Shown here: positions 17,420 through 26,790 of the stretch, piece by piece | Layout of the letters: each line of letters opens with the position of its first letter | Numbering within the stretch: position 1 is the first letter of the stretch | NCBI GenBank assembly: GCA_035524375.1 | Contig: DATKOZ010000033.1 | Coordinates: forward strand, 26,842 to 90,841 | Direction of reading: 5' to 3' | Length of the DNA: 64,000 nt | Source: Candidatus Binataceae bacterium | GTDB lineage: Bacteria > Desulfobacterota > Binatia > Binatales > Binataceae | The notes under the pieces: model-generated | Databases searched by the model: none | What the model was told of the DNA's origin: nothing | The model's input: the letters and a program-made list of their open reading frames with translations, nothing else | Translations under genes and position numbers: made by a program

Positions 17420-18649
17420 TTAGTTTAGTTCCTTGCTGCTGTAGCCAAGGATGCGCCGGCCCACGATGATCATATTTACCTGCTGCGTGCCCTCGAAGAT
17501 GTCGTTGATTTTGGCATCGCGCATCCACTTCTCGACGAGATTCTTGCGCGAGTAACCCAGCGGGCCCAGCACTTCCACGGCTTTCTGGGTAATCTGTGTG
17601 ACGGCCAGTCCCGCCTTGGCCTTGGCCATCGAGGCTTCAAGGTTGTTGTGCTTGCCGGTGTCGAGCATCCATGCGGCCCGCCAGGTGAGCAGACGGGCGG
17701 CCTTTAACTGCACCTCCATGTCCATGAAGTCGCGCTCGAGCGCGGTCAGTCGGCGCGGCGATATTCCATAGCGAACGGGGATGTTGTTCTGCTTCAGAAA
17801 ATCGCGCACGAAATCGAGTGCGGCGCGCCCGACGCCGAGCGCCATCGCGGCGACGATTGGGCGGGTGGCGTCGAAGGTCGCCATTACGTCCTTGAAACCG
17901 CCCTCTTTCTTCACTTCGGCGCTGCCGAGGATGTGATCGTACGGGATGCGGCAGTTGTCGAAGATAATCGCGGCGGTGTCGGAAGCGCGGATGCCGAGCT
18001 TGTTCTCGACGCGCGCAACCGTCATGCCGGGCGTGTGATGCTCGACCACGAACGGTTTGATTCCCGCGCGGCCGGCGCTCTTATCGACGGTTGCCCACAC
18101 GACAATCAGGCCATCGGACTTCTCCGCCGCCATTTGTCCGGCGGTGCAGAAGATTTTTGTGCCGTTGATCACCCAATGGTCGCCGTCGCGGGTGGCCGTA
18201 GTGGTAACTGCCGCCGAATCGGATCCGCACCCCGGCTCCGTAATCGCCATCGCGCCCCACTTCGGCTTGCCTTCCCGGAAGCGCTTTAGAAAGCGCTCCT
18301 TCTGTGCGGGCGTGCCGGCGGCCATGATCGCCGCGCCGCCCAGTCCCGCATTCGGTGTCGAAAGGAAGAGACCAGCGTCGCCCCAGCACATCTCCTCGGT
18401 GCTGATCACCGTGTATAGATTGCGCAGCTTGGGGCCTTTGGAGGTCGTATCTGCCGGTCCGGTGGTGCCGCCGCCGGGCTGCACGTCGGAGCTGGACGAG
18501 GCCGCCCAGATCAACTCGTAATAATTGGTTGGCTTGGTATGTTCGTTCTCGTCGAATTCACGCGAGATCGGGCGCAGCACGTCGCGCGCGACGCCGTGAT
18601 AGAGCTTCAACCGGTCGATTACCTGCGGTTCCAATTCAAAATCGATCAT
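17420..18649 (-). CDS. Acyl-CoA dehydrogenase (canonical catalytic Glu present)
   Basis: 409-aa ACAD with the C-terminal ...DAKINDIFEGTQQVNMIIVGRRIL motif carrying the catalytic base Glu. Confidence 0.9.
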   Translation of the reverse strand: MIDFELEPQVIDRLKLYHGVARDVLRPISREFDENEHTKPTNYYELIWAASSSSDVQPGGGTTGPADTTSKGPKLRNLYTVISTEEMCWGDAGLFLSTPNAGLGGAAIMAAGTPAQKERFLKRFREGKPKWGAMAITEPGCGSDSAAVTTTATRDGDHWVINGTKIFCTAGQMAAEKSDGLIVVWATVDKSAGRAGIKPFVVEHHTPGMTVARVENKLGIRASDTAAIIFDNCRIPYDHILGSAEVKKEGGFKDVMATFDATRPIVAAMALGVGRAALDFVRDFLKQNNIPVRYGISPRRLTALERDFMDMEVQLKAARLLTWRAAWMLDTGKHNNLEASMAKAKAGLAVTQITQKAVEVLGPLGYSRKNLVEKWMRDAKINDIFEGTQQVNMIIVGRRILGYSSKELN

Positions 18650-18661
18650 GATCTCCTCCAG

Positions 18662-19771
18662 CTAAACCGTCGCGATTCCGTCGATCGTTGCCAGTCCACG
18701 CGCGTTGCGCAGGTACAGCTCGACCGGATGCTCGCGGATGTAACCGTGGCCGCCCAGGCACTGCACGGAGTTATCGGCAACTTTAAGCGCGCTTGCCGAT
18801 ACATAGTTCTTGGCCAGGTAGCTTTCCTTCAGGCCGTCCTTGCCCTTGTCGAGCTGGGAGGCCGCCTCCCATACCAGTAATCGCGATGCGTCGATCTCGA
18901 TCGCCATGTCGGCCAGCATGAATGCGATCGCCTGCTTGGTCGCGATCGGCACGCCGAACGCCTTGCGCTCCTTGGCGTAATCGCGTGAATATTCGAACGA
19001 CGCGCGCGCCATTCCGATCCCAAGCGCCCCAATTGCCACCCGCGCCTGGCTCATCAGGCGCGAGAAATCGATTCCCTTCTCTCCGCCCAATCGCGCTGCT
19101 CCATCGACGCGGCAATCCTTGAGCGCAATTTCATAGGTCGCAAGGGGTTTGAGCCCCATGTTCTTTTCGCGCTCGGAAATTTCCATCCCCTTGGCGCCCT
19201 TCTGGATTAGGAATCCATCCACGCCCGCAAAGCCCGAATCCTGCTTGGTCGCGGCATACACCAGGATCGCTCCCGATTCATTGGCAATCGGCACGAAGCA
19301 TTTGGTGCCATTGAGCACGTATCCGCCGCCGTCCGCCTTGGCGGTCACCTGCATCGCCGTAAGATCGAAATCGAACCGTGGCTCCACGACGGCGGCCGTC
19401 GCCGGCGCAAAGCTGTTGGCGCCAAACCGCTTCAATTGCTGCGCGCGCTGATCGTCGGTCCCGAATTCAAGGACCGGGAATGCGAGCAAACGGGGCGCCA
19501 GCACATGGATCGCGATCGACAAATCGCCGTACCCGAGCTCCTCCGCGACCACCGCGCCGGTAATCGCCGACCGGGTGTCGCCGTCGCCGCCGAATTTCTC
19601 GGGGATTGCGCCGCGGACCAGGCCCAATTGCCAGGCCTGCTCGATCAATTCGCCGGGGATTTTTCCGCTTTCGTCGGCGGGCCGCGCGGCGGGCCGAATC
19701 TGCTCGCGCGCAAACGCTCCGACCGTGTCGCGGATCATCTGCTGTTCTTCACTAAGTTCGAAATCAACCAT
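18662..19771 (-). CDS. Acyl-CoA dehydrogenase-family protein, partner subunit (Asp in place of the usual C-terminal catalytic Glu)
   Basis: 369-aa ACAD fold, 12 nt upstream of the other ACAD on the same strand. The equivalent C-terminal motif reads ...NARGLATIDGIATV. Confidence 0.85.
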   Translation of the reverse strand: MVDFELSEEQQMIRDTVGAFAREQIRPAARPADESGKIPGELIEQAWQLGLVRGAIPEKFGGDGDTRSAITGAVVAEELGYGDLSIAIHVLAPRLLAFPVLEFGTDDQRAQQLKRFGANSFAPATAAVVEPRFDFDLTAMQVTAKADGGGYVLNGTKCFVPIANESGAILVYAATKQDSGFAGVDGFLIQKGAKGMEISEREKNMGLKPLATYEIALKDCRVDGAARLGGEKGIDFSRLMSQARVAIGALGIGMARASFEYSRDYAKERKAFGVPIATKQAIAFMLADMAIEIDASRLLVWEAASQLDKGKDGLKESYLAKNYVSASALKVADNSVQCLGGHGYIREHPVELYLRNARGLATIDGIATV

Positions 19772-19955
19772 GGATCAATCGGTAACCTCGCTGGCTGTAA
19801 AAATGGTCCTTCAGGTCTGCGCCGCCGCGGGGCAAATCGCAGCCGTAAGGGTTAATCGGATACATATAGACCGCTTCAAGGCGCAGTGCCAGCCCTGCAA
19901 AATGCCCTGCATTGGTTCAATTTGATCATCGAACGCAGCCCTTAATCATAGCCTT

Positions 19956-20015
19956 CCCGAAACCCCTGACCCTTCGGCTTCGCTCAGGGCAGGCTCCACC
20001 CGCGCCGGGGTTTCG
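19956..20015. repeat. REP-like nested hairpin: CGAAACCCC (19958-19966) ... GGGGTTTCG (20007-20015) with inner CCCTGA / TCAGGG arms
   Basis: Same arm sequences as the hairpins at 1662-1764. It lies directly after the stop of the small ORF 20022..20180. Confidence 0.5.
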
Positions 20016-20021
20016 CTATGG

Positions 20022-20180
20022 CTATGATCCCGACTTCGTCTCCCGCCGCATCTGTTCCTGCTCGCGTTTGCGGCTGTATACCGATTCGTCCTGCAGCGTG
20101 CGCGACGGCGGCGCCATCGGCTTGCGAATCTTCGCGATCAGCCCCCTGCGGGGCTTTTTCTTCCTTTTACGCGGTGACAT
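20022..20180 (-). CDS. Possible small, highly basic protein (52 aa), not in the ORF track (below the size cut-off)
   Basis: My own translation: MSPRKRKKKPRRGLIAKIRKPMAPPSRTLQDESVYSRKREQEQMRRETKSGS*. It sits in an otherwise empty 440-bp gap and is followed by the REP-like hairpin. No family recognised. Confidence 0.25.
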   Translation of the reverse strand: MSPRKRKKKPRRGLIAKIRKPMAPPSRTLQDESVYSRKREQEQMRRETKSGS

Positions 20181-20209
20181 CAGGATTCAGTCGCCGAACC
20201 CGATAAAAC

Positions 20210-21079
20210 TCATCTCCAAGGCAAAATCCTCGTCAAGTAGCGCCTGCGCAGCTCGGCCCAATACCACCTGCGTAGCTCGGTCGGGTCAAGGAATCCTATA
20301 AAGCTCATCTGCAGGCCCGTGGTTGCGCCGCCCGCCGCGCGCCGGGAAAAGAATTCATCGGCGGCGCATCGCGTGCACGGGCCGACGCTAAGGATATTCG
20401 CGGGCGCGACGCCGGCGCGCTCCAGTTGATCGCCGGCGACTCCACGCAAATCGAGATACGCCTTGCCGGGACGCCCTGCCCTGCGATGTCTTCCCGCACC
20501 GGCAATCTCATTTACGAATCTGTCCGCTAACGCCTCATCGACCTCAAAACAGCACGGCCCAATCGACGGCCCCAGCGCGGCGCGGATATCGGCGGGCTCA
20601 GCGCCAAGCTGGACCATCGCATGCACGCCCATTTTCGCGATATCGCCGATAACGCCGCGCCATCCCGCGTGGAGTGCGCCGGCAACTTTCCGATTCGGAT
20701 CGACCATCAGGATTGGCACGCAATCGGCGGTGAAAATTCCCAGAGCGACGCCCGGCTGCGCCGTGACCATCCCGTCTCCCGGCGGGCGCAATTTTGCGGT
20801 CTCGCGCGTGACGGCGTGAACATCGATGCCATGCACCTGATTCAGCCGCGCAACGAGCTTCGGAATCCCCGTCGCACACCGCAATCGCACCCAGTTCTCA
20901 TCGACCGCGCGGTCGTCGTCGCCCACCCAGTGCGATAGATTCAGCGATGCGAACGGCCCCTTGCTTGTGCCGCCTCTTCGTCCGATGAATCCATGAGGCG
21001 GGCCGGGAATGCCCCAGTCGGCGCAGAGGACTGGAAGTAACGGGGAACCGTTGAAGATCGTATCTTCTTGGACTTTCAC
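20210..21079 (-). CDS. pgeF: Purine nucleoside phosphorylase / laccase-domain protein (YfiH/PgeF, DUF152 family)
   Basis: Motifs GVALGIFTADCVPILMVDP, ALHAGWRGV and GPSIGPCCFEV typical of YfiH/PgeF. It overlaps the upstream lipoprotein gene by 4 nt. Confidence 0.8.
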   Translation of the reverse strand: MKVQEDTIFNGSPLLPVLCADWGIPGPPHGFIGRRGGTSKGPFASLNLSHWVGDDDRAVDENWVRLRCATGIPKLVARLNQVHGIDVHAVTRETAKLRPPGDGMVTAQPGVALGIFTADCVPILMVDPNRKVAGALHAGWRGVIGDIAKMGVHAMVQLGAEPADIRAALGPSIGPCCFEVDEALADRFVNEIAGAGRHRRAGRPGKAYLDLRGVAGDQLERAGVAPANILSVGPCTRCAADEFFSRRAAGGATTGLQMSFIGFLDPTELRRWYWAELRRRYLTRILPWR

Positions 21080-21615
21080 ATCGGTTTCCCGGATTTCGAC
21101 GATGATTGAAATGGCAACAGTGGGCTACTTTGAATCTTACCGCTGGTAGGCTGACTTGAAAGGTCCTGCACAGAGATGCTGATGCCGTGGTATTTGACCA
21201 CTTGGAAATAGAGATCCGGGTGATTGTCATATGTCACTTGTAGATGCGATGGGCTTAACCATTTCATCGTGAGAGCTATGGTTCCACCAGCGTTGGCGTC
21301 ATCCAAGACGTAGGGGTGAGGCGCTGGACCATCACAATTGAACGCCAAGACCTCAAACGGAGGCTGTGAGTCAGGGCTCGGCTTTAGGGACACGACGGTA
21401 TCAATACGCGCCGATCCAACCCCGCCGTCTTGTATTGTGCGAACACTGGCAATCCAACTCCCATCCGGGGATGGAACTTCTGCCTTCCAAATCGTCAAGT
21501 CGTCCAAGGTTGGTTTACAGCCGGAGGCTAAGACGCAAACTGCAACAGCTCCGAGCCAAATCGCGTTGAAACAAACTTTCCAGCTCACCGATAACCGCCG
21601 TTCGTGGCAATCCAA
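21076..21615 (-). CDS. Hypothetical lipoprotein
   Basis: Signal peptide with lipobox: ...VLASGC (the Cys of SGCKPTLDDL...). 4-nt overlap with pgeF suggests an operon. Confidence 0.55.
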   Translation of the reverse strand: MDCHERRLSVSWKVCFNAIWLGAVAVCVLASGCKPTLDDLTIWKAEVPSPDGSWIASVRTIQDGGVGSARIDTVVSLKPSPDSQPPFEVLAFNCDGPAPHPYVLDDANAGGTIALTMKWLSPSHLQVTYDNHPDLYFQVVKYHGISISVQDLSSQPTSGKIQSSPLLPFQSSSKSGKPM

Positions 21616-21669
21616 AGTAGCCCACTGGACAAACGCAACGCCACGTTGTTCGCCACTCGCAGAATATCG

Positions 21670-21675
21670 TATAAT
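21670..21675 (+). promoter_or_regulatory. Candidate -10 element TATAAT upstream of the small ORF 21709..21930
   Basis: Perfect TATAAT hexamer 34 nt upstream of the ATG; a weak -35-like TTCGCC lies at the expected spacing. Confidence 0.3.
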
Positions 21676-21708
21676 TCCACTCTTTGGAATTTAACTTCTG
21701 GAGCGCCT

Positions 21709-21930
21709 ATGAACGGCTATCAATATCTCATCGCGCGCAACCGCCTGATGCAGCAGCTTGAGGATGACCTAAAGCTGCTGGTTCCTATGCCCGCCCCGCA
21801 GCGGGAGGCGGAAACCCACCGTCTGGAGGCCGAATTCGACGCGAAGCTTGCCGAACTGTACGCCCAAGTGGCCGAGGAATATCCGGGCGAGCGAAAGAAG
21901 AAGGCCCGCCCAATCGCCGACCCGCGATGA
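21709..21930 (+). CDS. Small hypothetical protein (73 aa), predicted helical/charged
   Basis: MNGYQYLIARNRLMQQLEDDLKLLVPMPAPQREAETHRLEAEFDAKLAELYAQVAEEYPGERKKKARPIADPR. It has its own putative promoter and lies upstream of uvrA. Confidence 0.35.
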   Translation: MNGYQYLIARNRLMQQLEDDLKLLVPMPAPQREAETHRLEAEFDAKLAELYAQVAEEYPGERKKKARPIADPR

Positions 21931-22100
21931 ATGGCAATGACGGTTCTCAATAAAACGTCCCGTAACGGATTTTAGGCGCATTCCGGGGGACAGGGAGTAC
22001 AAGCCAAGCGCGGTTTTATTTCAGATGAATCAAAAAATTACAAAACGAACCCAATTTTGCCAATGATTATGGACGCTTTTTTTCTAACAACCGCATCCGG

Positions 22101-25001
22101 TTGAGGTTCAACAACCTCTTGAACGGATCGATCAGCATCCGGGGTGCGCGCACCCACAATCTCGCGGGCATTTCGCTGGAAATTCCGCGCAACAAGTTTA
22201 CCGTCGTGACTGGAGTCTCGGGATCCGGCAAGTCGAGCCTCGTGTTCGATACCATTTACGCCGAAGGGCAGCGGCGCTACGTACAGAGCCTTTCCACGTA
22301 TGCCCGTCTGTTCCTGGAGCGAATGGACCGGCCGGACGTGGATTCGATTTCAAACATCCCGCCGGCACTCGCGCTCCGCCAAAAAAATACGATCAAGAAC
22401 GCGCGTTCGACCGTCGGCACGGTCACGGAAATCAGCGACTACCTCCGCATCCTGTTCGCGACCGCCGGCCGGACCATATGCCCGAAATGCGGCGGCGAGG
22501 TCGGCCGCGACAGCGTCGAGAGTGCGGCAGGTGCGATCATGGCCGCGCCCGGACTTTACATCGTGCTTGCGCCATTCGAGACCGGATCGCGATCGCTCGT
22601 GGATGCCGGAAATTTTCTCGTCCAGAATGGGTACCATCGGCTATACGAGGGCGGCGCGATCACCGAGACCGCGGAGTTCGCAGCGCGGCAGGGTGCGGTT
22701 TCCGGTCCGATGATGGTGGTAATCGATCGACTGTCGGTCACGGGCGCTGGCGATGCCGAGCGGGTCCGCGAGGCGCTGGAAAAGGCCTTCTACCTTGGCG
22801 GCGGCCGCGCCCGGGTGGTCCGCGCCGAGCGCTCAAACGGCGATTTCCACGCGATCGAATCGCTCGATTTCGATCGGCGTTTCAATTGCTCTCGATGCGG
22901 CGATTGCTTCGCCGAACCAACCCCGGCGATGTTCTCCGCCAACAGCCCCATCGGCGCATGCTCCGAATGCGAAGGTTTTGGCCGCACGGTGGAACTGGAC
23001 ATCGAGAAGGTGATTCCCAACCCCCGCCTGTCGATCAGGCAGGGATTGGTCGCCCCGTGGCGCACGCCGGCATACCACGAGATGAGCGAGTGGATGTTAA
23101 AGCTGGCTCGGCGCGCCAGAATTCGCACCACAGCGCCGTTTAACTCGATGACCGCGGAGGAGCGCCGGTGGCTGCTCGACGGCGAAGATGGCCCACGCGG
23201 GGACTGGGACGAAGATCGATGGCCGGGGGTGCGCGGCTTTTTCAAATGGATGGAGGGGCGGCGTTACAAAACCCACGTCCGGATTTTACTGGCAAAGTAT
23301 CGCCGCTTCGTATCCTGCTCTTCATGCAAGGGCGCGAAATTAAAGCCCGAGGCCCTTAACGTCCGCATCGTTGGGAAGTCGATAGTCGATGTAGGACGAA
23401 TGTCAGTGGTCGAATTTGCGGAGTGGCTCGGTGAAATCGACGGCCGGCCCGGCGTGGCCGAGCGTGCGGCGACGGTGATGCGCGAACTCAAAAATCGCGC
23501 CGGATACCTGACCCAGGTCGGGCTGGGCTATCTCACGATTGAGCGGCAGGCGCGCACCCTCTCCGGCGGCGAGGCGCAGCGGATTCATCTTGCCAGCGCG
23601 CTTGGCAGCTTGCTGATCGGAACGCTCTACGCCCTTGATGAACCCACCGTGGGGCTGCATGCCGCCGATGCGCGCCGCCTGCTATCCGTACTCTGCCATC
23701 TGCGCGATCTCGGCAACACCGTGGTTGTCGTGGAGCATGATGCATCGATCATTTCCGGCGCCGACTATGCAGTCGAGCTTGGCCCCGGCGGCGGCAGCGA
23801 AGGCGGCAAGCTTATATATGCCGGCGCGGCCTCAAAGGCCCGGCTTGAGAGCATGGCCGTAACCCCCGAGCGCGTATTGCTGATGCGCGCGATATCGCGG
23901 AGGCGAAAATTAAACCGCAACGACCCGGCGATTCGGATTATCGGCGCCCGTGAGCACAATCTGGCGGGAGTCGATGCCACGATTCCGATCGGCCGGATGG
24001 TTTGCGTTACGGGAGTTTCGGGCTCGGGAAAATCAACTCTGATTGAAGACGTCCTTTACAATCATTGGCTGCGCCGCAATGGCGATGCCTCGGCAGAGCC
24101 GGGCGAATGCGATCGGATCCTGGGGTTCGAGCGGATCGGCGCGATGATCCACATGGGGCAGGAGCTACCGGCGCGCTCGATGCGATCGAATCCCGCGACA
24201 TACCTGAAGCTGTACGACGACATCCGCAAGGTCTTCGCTTCCGGCGCCGAGGCCCGCCGGCTCGGAGTCACGCCGCGCCATTTCTCATTTAACGCCACCG
24301 GCGGCCGATGCGAAAAATGCCATGGCCGGGGTACGGTTACGATCGAGATGCATTTCATGGCCGATCTCGAAGTTAATTGCGATGCGTGCGACGGGCGATG
24401 TTTCCAGAGCCATATTCTCGCGATTCGCCACAATCGGCTGAACATCAAGCAGGTCCTCGACCTGACCGCCGAACAGGCGCGCGCGTTTTTCGCCGGTCAT
24501 CCCGCGATCGTCAAGCGGCTCGACGCGCTGATCGCGGTTGGTCTGGGGTACCTGCGGCTTGGCCAGACAACCTCCACGCTGTCGGGTGGAGAAGCGCAGC
24601 GCCTCAAACTCGCGCGCTTTTTGCTCGCCGATCTCGAACCAGTGCCGCGCGACGATGAAGCGCGCGCCCTGCCCCGGATGTTTCTGCTCGACGAACCGAC
24701 GACCGGGCTCAGCGCGACGGATATCCGCAGGCTCCTTAAGGTGCTCGGCCGTCTGGTTTCGGAGGGCAACACGCTGGTCGTTATCGAGCACAATCTGGAG
24801 TTCATCGCGCACGCCGACTATGTCATTGACCTCGGACCCGGCGGGGGAGACGATGGCGGGCGGCTGGTCGCGGCCGGTGGTCCGCTTGATATCGCCGCAT
24901 GTGCCAAATCGGAAACGGGCCGTGAACTTCGCCGAATGCTGGGGCTGCCGGAAAATGTGAGGCGGGCACGCTCCGCGGTGCGGGTGGCGGCCGGAGCATA
25001 G
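22101..25001 (+). CDS. uvrA: Excinuclease ABC subunit A
   Basis: TTG start at 22101. N-terminus [53 protein letters not shown]. Two ABC modules (Walker A, LSGGE signature), zinc-finger Cys clusters, total 966 aa. Confidence 0.9.
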   Translation: MRFNNLLNGSISIRGARTHNLAGISLEIPRNKFTVVTGVSGSGKSSLVFDTIYAEGQRRYVQSLSTYARLFLERMDRPDVDSISNIPPALALRQKNTIKNARSTVGTVTEISDYLRILFATAGRTICPKCGGEVGRDSVESAAGAIMAAPGLYIVLAPFETGSRSLVDAGNFLVQNGYHRLYEGGAITETAEFAARQGAVSGPMMVVIDRLSVTGAGDAERVREALEKAFYLGGGRARVVRAERSNGDFHAIESLDFDRRFNCSRCGDCFAEPTPAMFSANSPIGACSECEGFGRTVELDIEKVIPNPRLSIRQGLVAPWRTPAYHEMSEWMLKLARRARIRTTAPFNSMTAEERRWLLDGEDGPRGDWDEDRWPGVRGFFKWMEGRRYKTHVRILLAKYRRFVSCSSCKGAKLKPEALNVRIVGKSIVDVGRMSVVEFAEWLGEIDGRPGVAERAATVMRELKNRAGYLTQVGLGYLTIERQARTLSGGEAQRIHLASALGSLLIGTLYALDEPTVGLHAADARRLLSVLCHLRDLGNTVVVVEHDASIISGADYAVELGPGGGSEGGKLIYAGAASKARLESMAVTPERVLLMRAISRRRKLNRNDPAIRIIGAREHNLAGVDATIPIGRMVCVTGVSGSGKSTLIEDVLYNHWLRRNGDASAEPGECDRILGFERIGAMIHMGQELPARSMRSNPATYLKLYDDIRKVFASGAEARRLGVTPRHFSFNATGGRCEKCHGRGTVTIEMHFMADLEVNCDACDGRCFQSHILAIRHNRLNIKQVLDLTAEQARAFFAGHPAIVKRLDALIAVGLGYLRLGQTTSTLSGGEAQRLKLARFLLADLEPVPRDDEARALPRMFLLDEPTTGLSATDIRRLLKVLGRLVSEGNTLVVIEHNLEFIAHADYVIDLGPGGGDDGGRLVAAGGPLDIAACAKSETGRELRRMLGLPENVRRARSAVRVAAGA

Positions 25002-25025
25002 GTTGAGAACAGAGGGCTGAAGACG

Positions 25026-25205
25026 ATGCGAAAAATTCTTAAGCTTGAACGAGGAGGAACAACACCCCGATTCCTCGATATTCTAACGGCACTCATCCTG
25101 CTCGCGATTCTTGCGTGCGTCGCTTACTTACAGTTCCCCGTCTATAGTTCACCCGCTCGGGCGAAGCTCGGCAGCAATTCGACTCGCCAGTTGCGCATCT
25201 CGTGA
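25026..25205 (+). CDS. Possible small membrane protein (59 aa), translationally coupled to the downstream pseudouridine synthase gene
   Basis: My own translation: MRKILKLERGGTTPRFLDILTALILLAILACVAYLQFPVYSSPARAKLGSNSTRQLRIS*. Its TGA stop (25203-25205) overlaps the GTG start (25202-25204) of the next gene in a GTGA arrangement. Below the ORF-track size cut-off. Confidence 0.3.
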   Translation: MRKILKLERGGTTPRFLDILTALILLAILACVAYLQFPVYSSPARAKLGSNSTRQLRIS

Positions 25206-26098
25206 ATCGGGCGGACGAGCGGCTCGACCGCTACCTGGTCCGGACAGGACTTGCGCCGTCGCGGCGCGCCGCGCAGGAATTGATCTCGCGCGGAAAGGTG
25301 CGGGTTAACGGCGCGCGCGCCAAGAAAAGCGATCTGATCGGCGCGGCAGATAAAGTCGAAGCGCCCGGGACGAGCCATGCGCCGTGTCCAATCGCATCCA
25401 ACCCGGCGCTCCCGCTTGAAGTTCTCCATGAAGATGCGGCCGTCGTCGTCGTAAACAAGCCCGGCGGGATGCCGTGTCATCCCCTGCGGCCCGAGGAGCG
25501 CGACTGCGTAATGAATGCCGTTGTCGCGCGTTTCCCCGACACCGCAAATGTTGGAATCAAGCCGCTGGAAGGCGGGCTGGTCCATCGCCTCGACAACGGC
25601 ACTTCCGGCGCGCTAATCATCGCGCGCAACCGCGCGACATTCGAGAAGCTGCGCGATGCGATCCGGATCGGCCAAATTGCACGGCGCTACGAGGCGCTGG
25701 CCGCAGGCGAGATTGACCGCCGTATGGAGATCGATCTGCCAATCGCGCATCATCCAAAGAACGCGCGCAAAATGGTGGCCGGCGATCTTTCAAGTTCGAA
25801 TCCGAAACGCTTTGGCCGCCCGGCGCGCACGATAATCGAGCCGATTCGGCGAATCGGCAATTTCACCCTTGTCTCAGTTACTCCATCGACCGGCAGCCGG
25901 CATCAGATTCGCGTGCATCTGGCCGGCGCGGATCATCCAATTGTCGGTGACACGCTGTACGGCGGACCGGCCTCAGATGCCCTCCCCCGCGGCCGCTTCT
26001 GGCTTCATCTGTGCGAAGTGGCCTTCGATTCGCCGGCGGTAGGCCACGTCAAAGTGGCAGCGCCGCTTCCATCGGATTTGAATAAATTGATCGCCTAG
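25202..26098 (+). CDS. RluA-family 23S rRNA pseudouridine synthase (RluD-like, N-terminal S4 domain)
   Basis: S4: RLDRYLVRTGLAPSRRAAQELISRGKVRVNG. Catalytic motif HRLDNGTSGALIIARN. C-terminal RHQIRVH. Confidence 0.85.
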   Translation: MNRADERLDRYLVRTGLAPSRRAAQELISRGKVRVNGARAKKSDLIGAADKVEAPGTSHAPCPIASNPALPLEVLHEDAAVVVVNKPGGMPCHPLRPEERDCVMNAVVARFPDTANVGIKPLEGGLVHRLDNGTSGALIIARNRATFEKLRDAIRIGQIARRYEALAAGEIDRRMEIDLPIAHHPKNARKMVAGDLSSSNPKRFGRPARTIIEPIRRIGNFTLVSVTPSTGSRHQIRVHLAGADHPIVGDTLYGGPASDALPRGRFWLHLCEVAFDSPAVGHVKVAAPLPSDLNKLIA

Positions 26099-26107
26099 CC
26101 GTGGCAG

Positions 26108-26659
26108 TCAGTTGCAAGCGCAGTTCGAGCATTCGCCCGCGATTTGGCCCTGCGCCGCCTGAACCGGATCCGTGACGATTGCCGACGAGCTGACCTGGCC
26201 GCGCGAATTGAAAGCGGTCCCATTGTAGAACGTCGGAGATTGGGTGAGCGCATTTTGCCTGGGCGCGATGTAAGGAGATGGCACATGATCGTTCGTGTTG
26301 TAACCGATGCATTGGCCGGTGGCCGCCTGGCTGGCATTGGTGTAGTTCGTTGCGGAAACAGTCCCCACCCATGCCGTCGGGAATCCGGGACCAGAACAGG
26401 AGCATCGGAAGACTCGAATCGTAGCCATGACAGTCGCTTTTAGGATCTGGCCGGTACCCGGCGCCGGCATCAGCGCTGGAAGCGCCCCGATGGTCGCGAA
26501 CGGTTGGGGCTGGCCGGGCACCGCCGGAACTGTCAATTGCACCGGGGTGGGTGCAGCCACTTGCGCATCGGCCGGCCGCAATATGTTCACCGGTCCGATT
26601 ACGAGCACAAGCGCCCCGAACGCCACCGACGACACCGCCAATATCCGAATCGCACGCAT
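26108..26659 (-). CDS. Secreted Cys-rich hypothetical protein
   Basis: Signal peptide MRAIRILAVSSVAFGALVLVIGPVNILRPADAQ. The mature part carries 8 Cys (CSCSG, CIGYN, ECSNCACN). Confidence 0.5.
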   Translation of the reverse strand: MRAIRILAVSSVAFGALVLVIGPVNILRPADAQVAAPTPVQLTVPAVPGQPQPFATIGALPALMPAPGTGQILKATVMATIRVFRCSCSGPGFPTAWVGTVSATNYTNASQAATGQCIGYNTNDHVPSPYIAPRQNALTQSPTFYNGTAFNSRGQVSSSAIVTDPVQAAQGQIAGECSNCACN

Positions 26660-26790
26660 AGTAGAAACAGCAGACAGGGCTTGCCCCGTTGGATATAATC
26701 CCCGACCGGCCGGAGCTGCACAAGCCTTGCCACCTGAACCGATTTTCCGGTCCAGCCGTATATCGTACCGACGAGGAGGTCTCTCAGACG

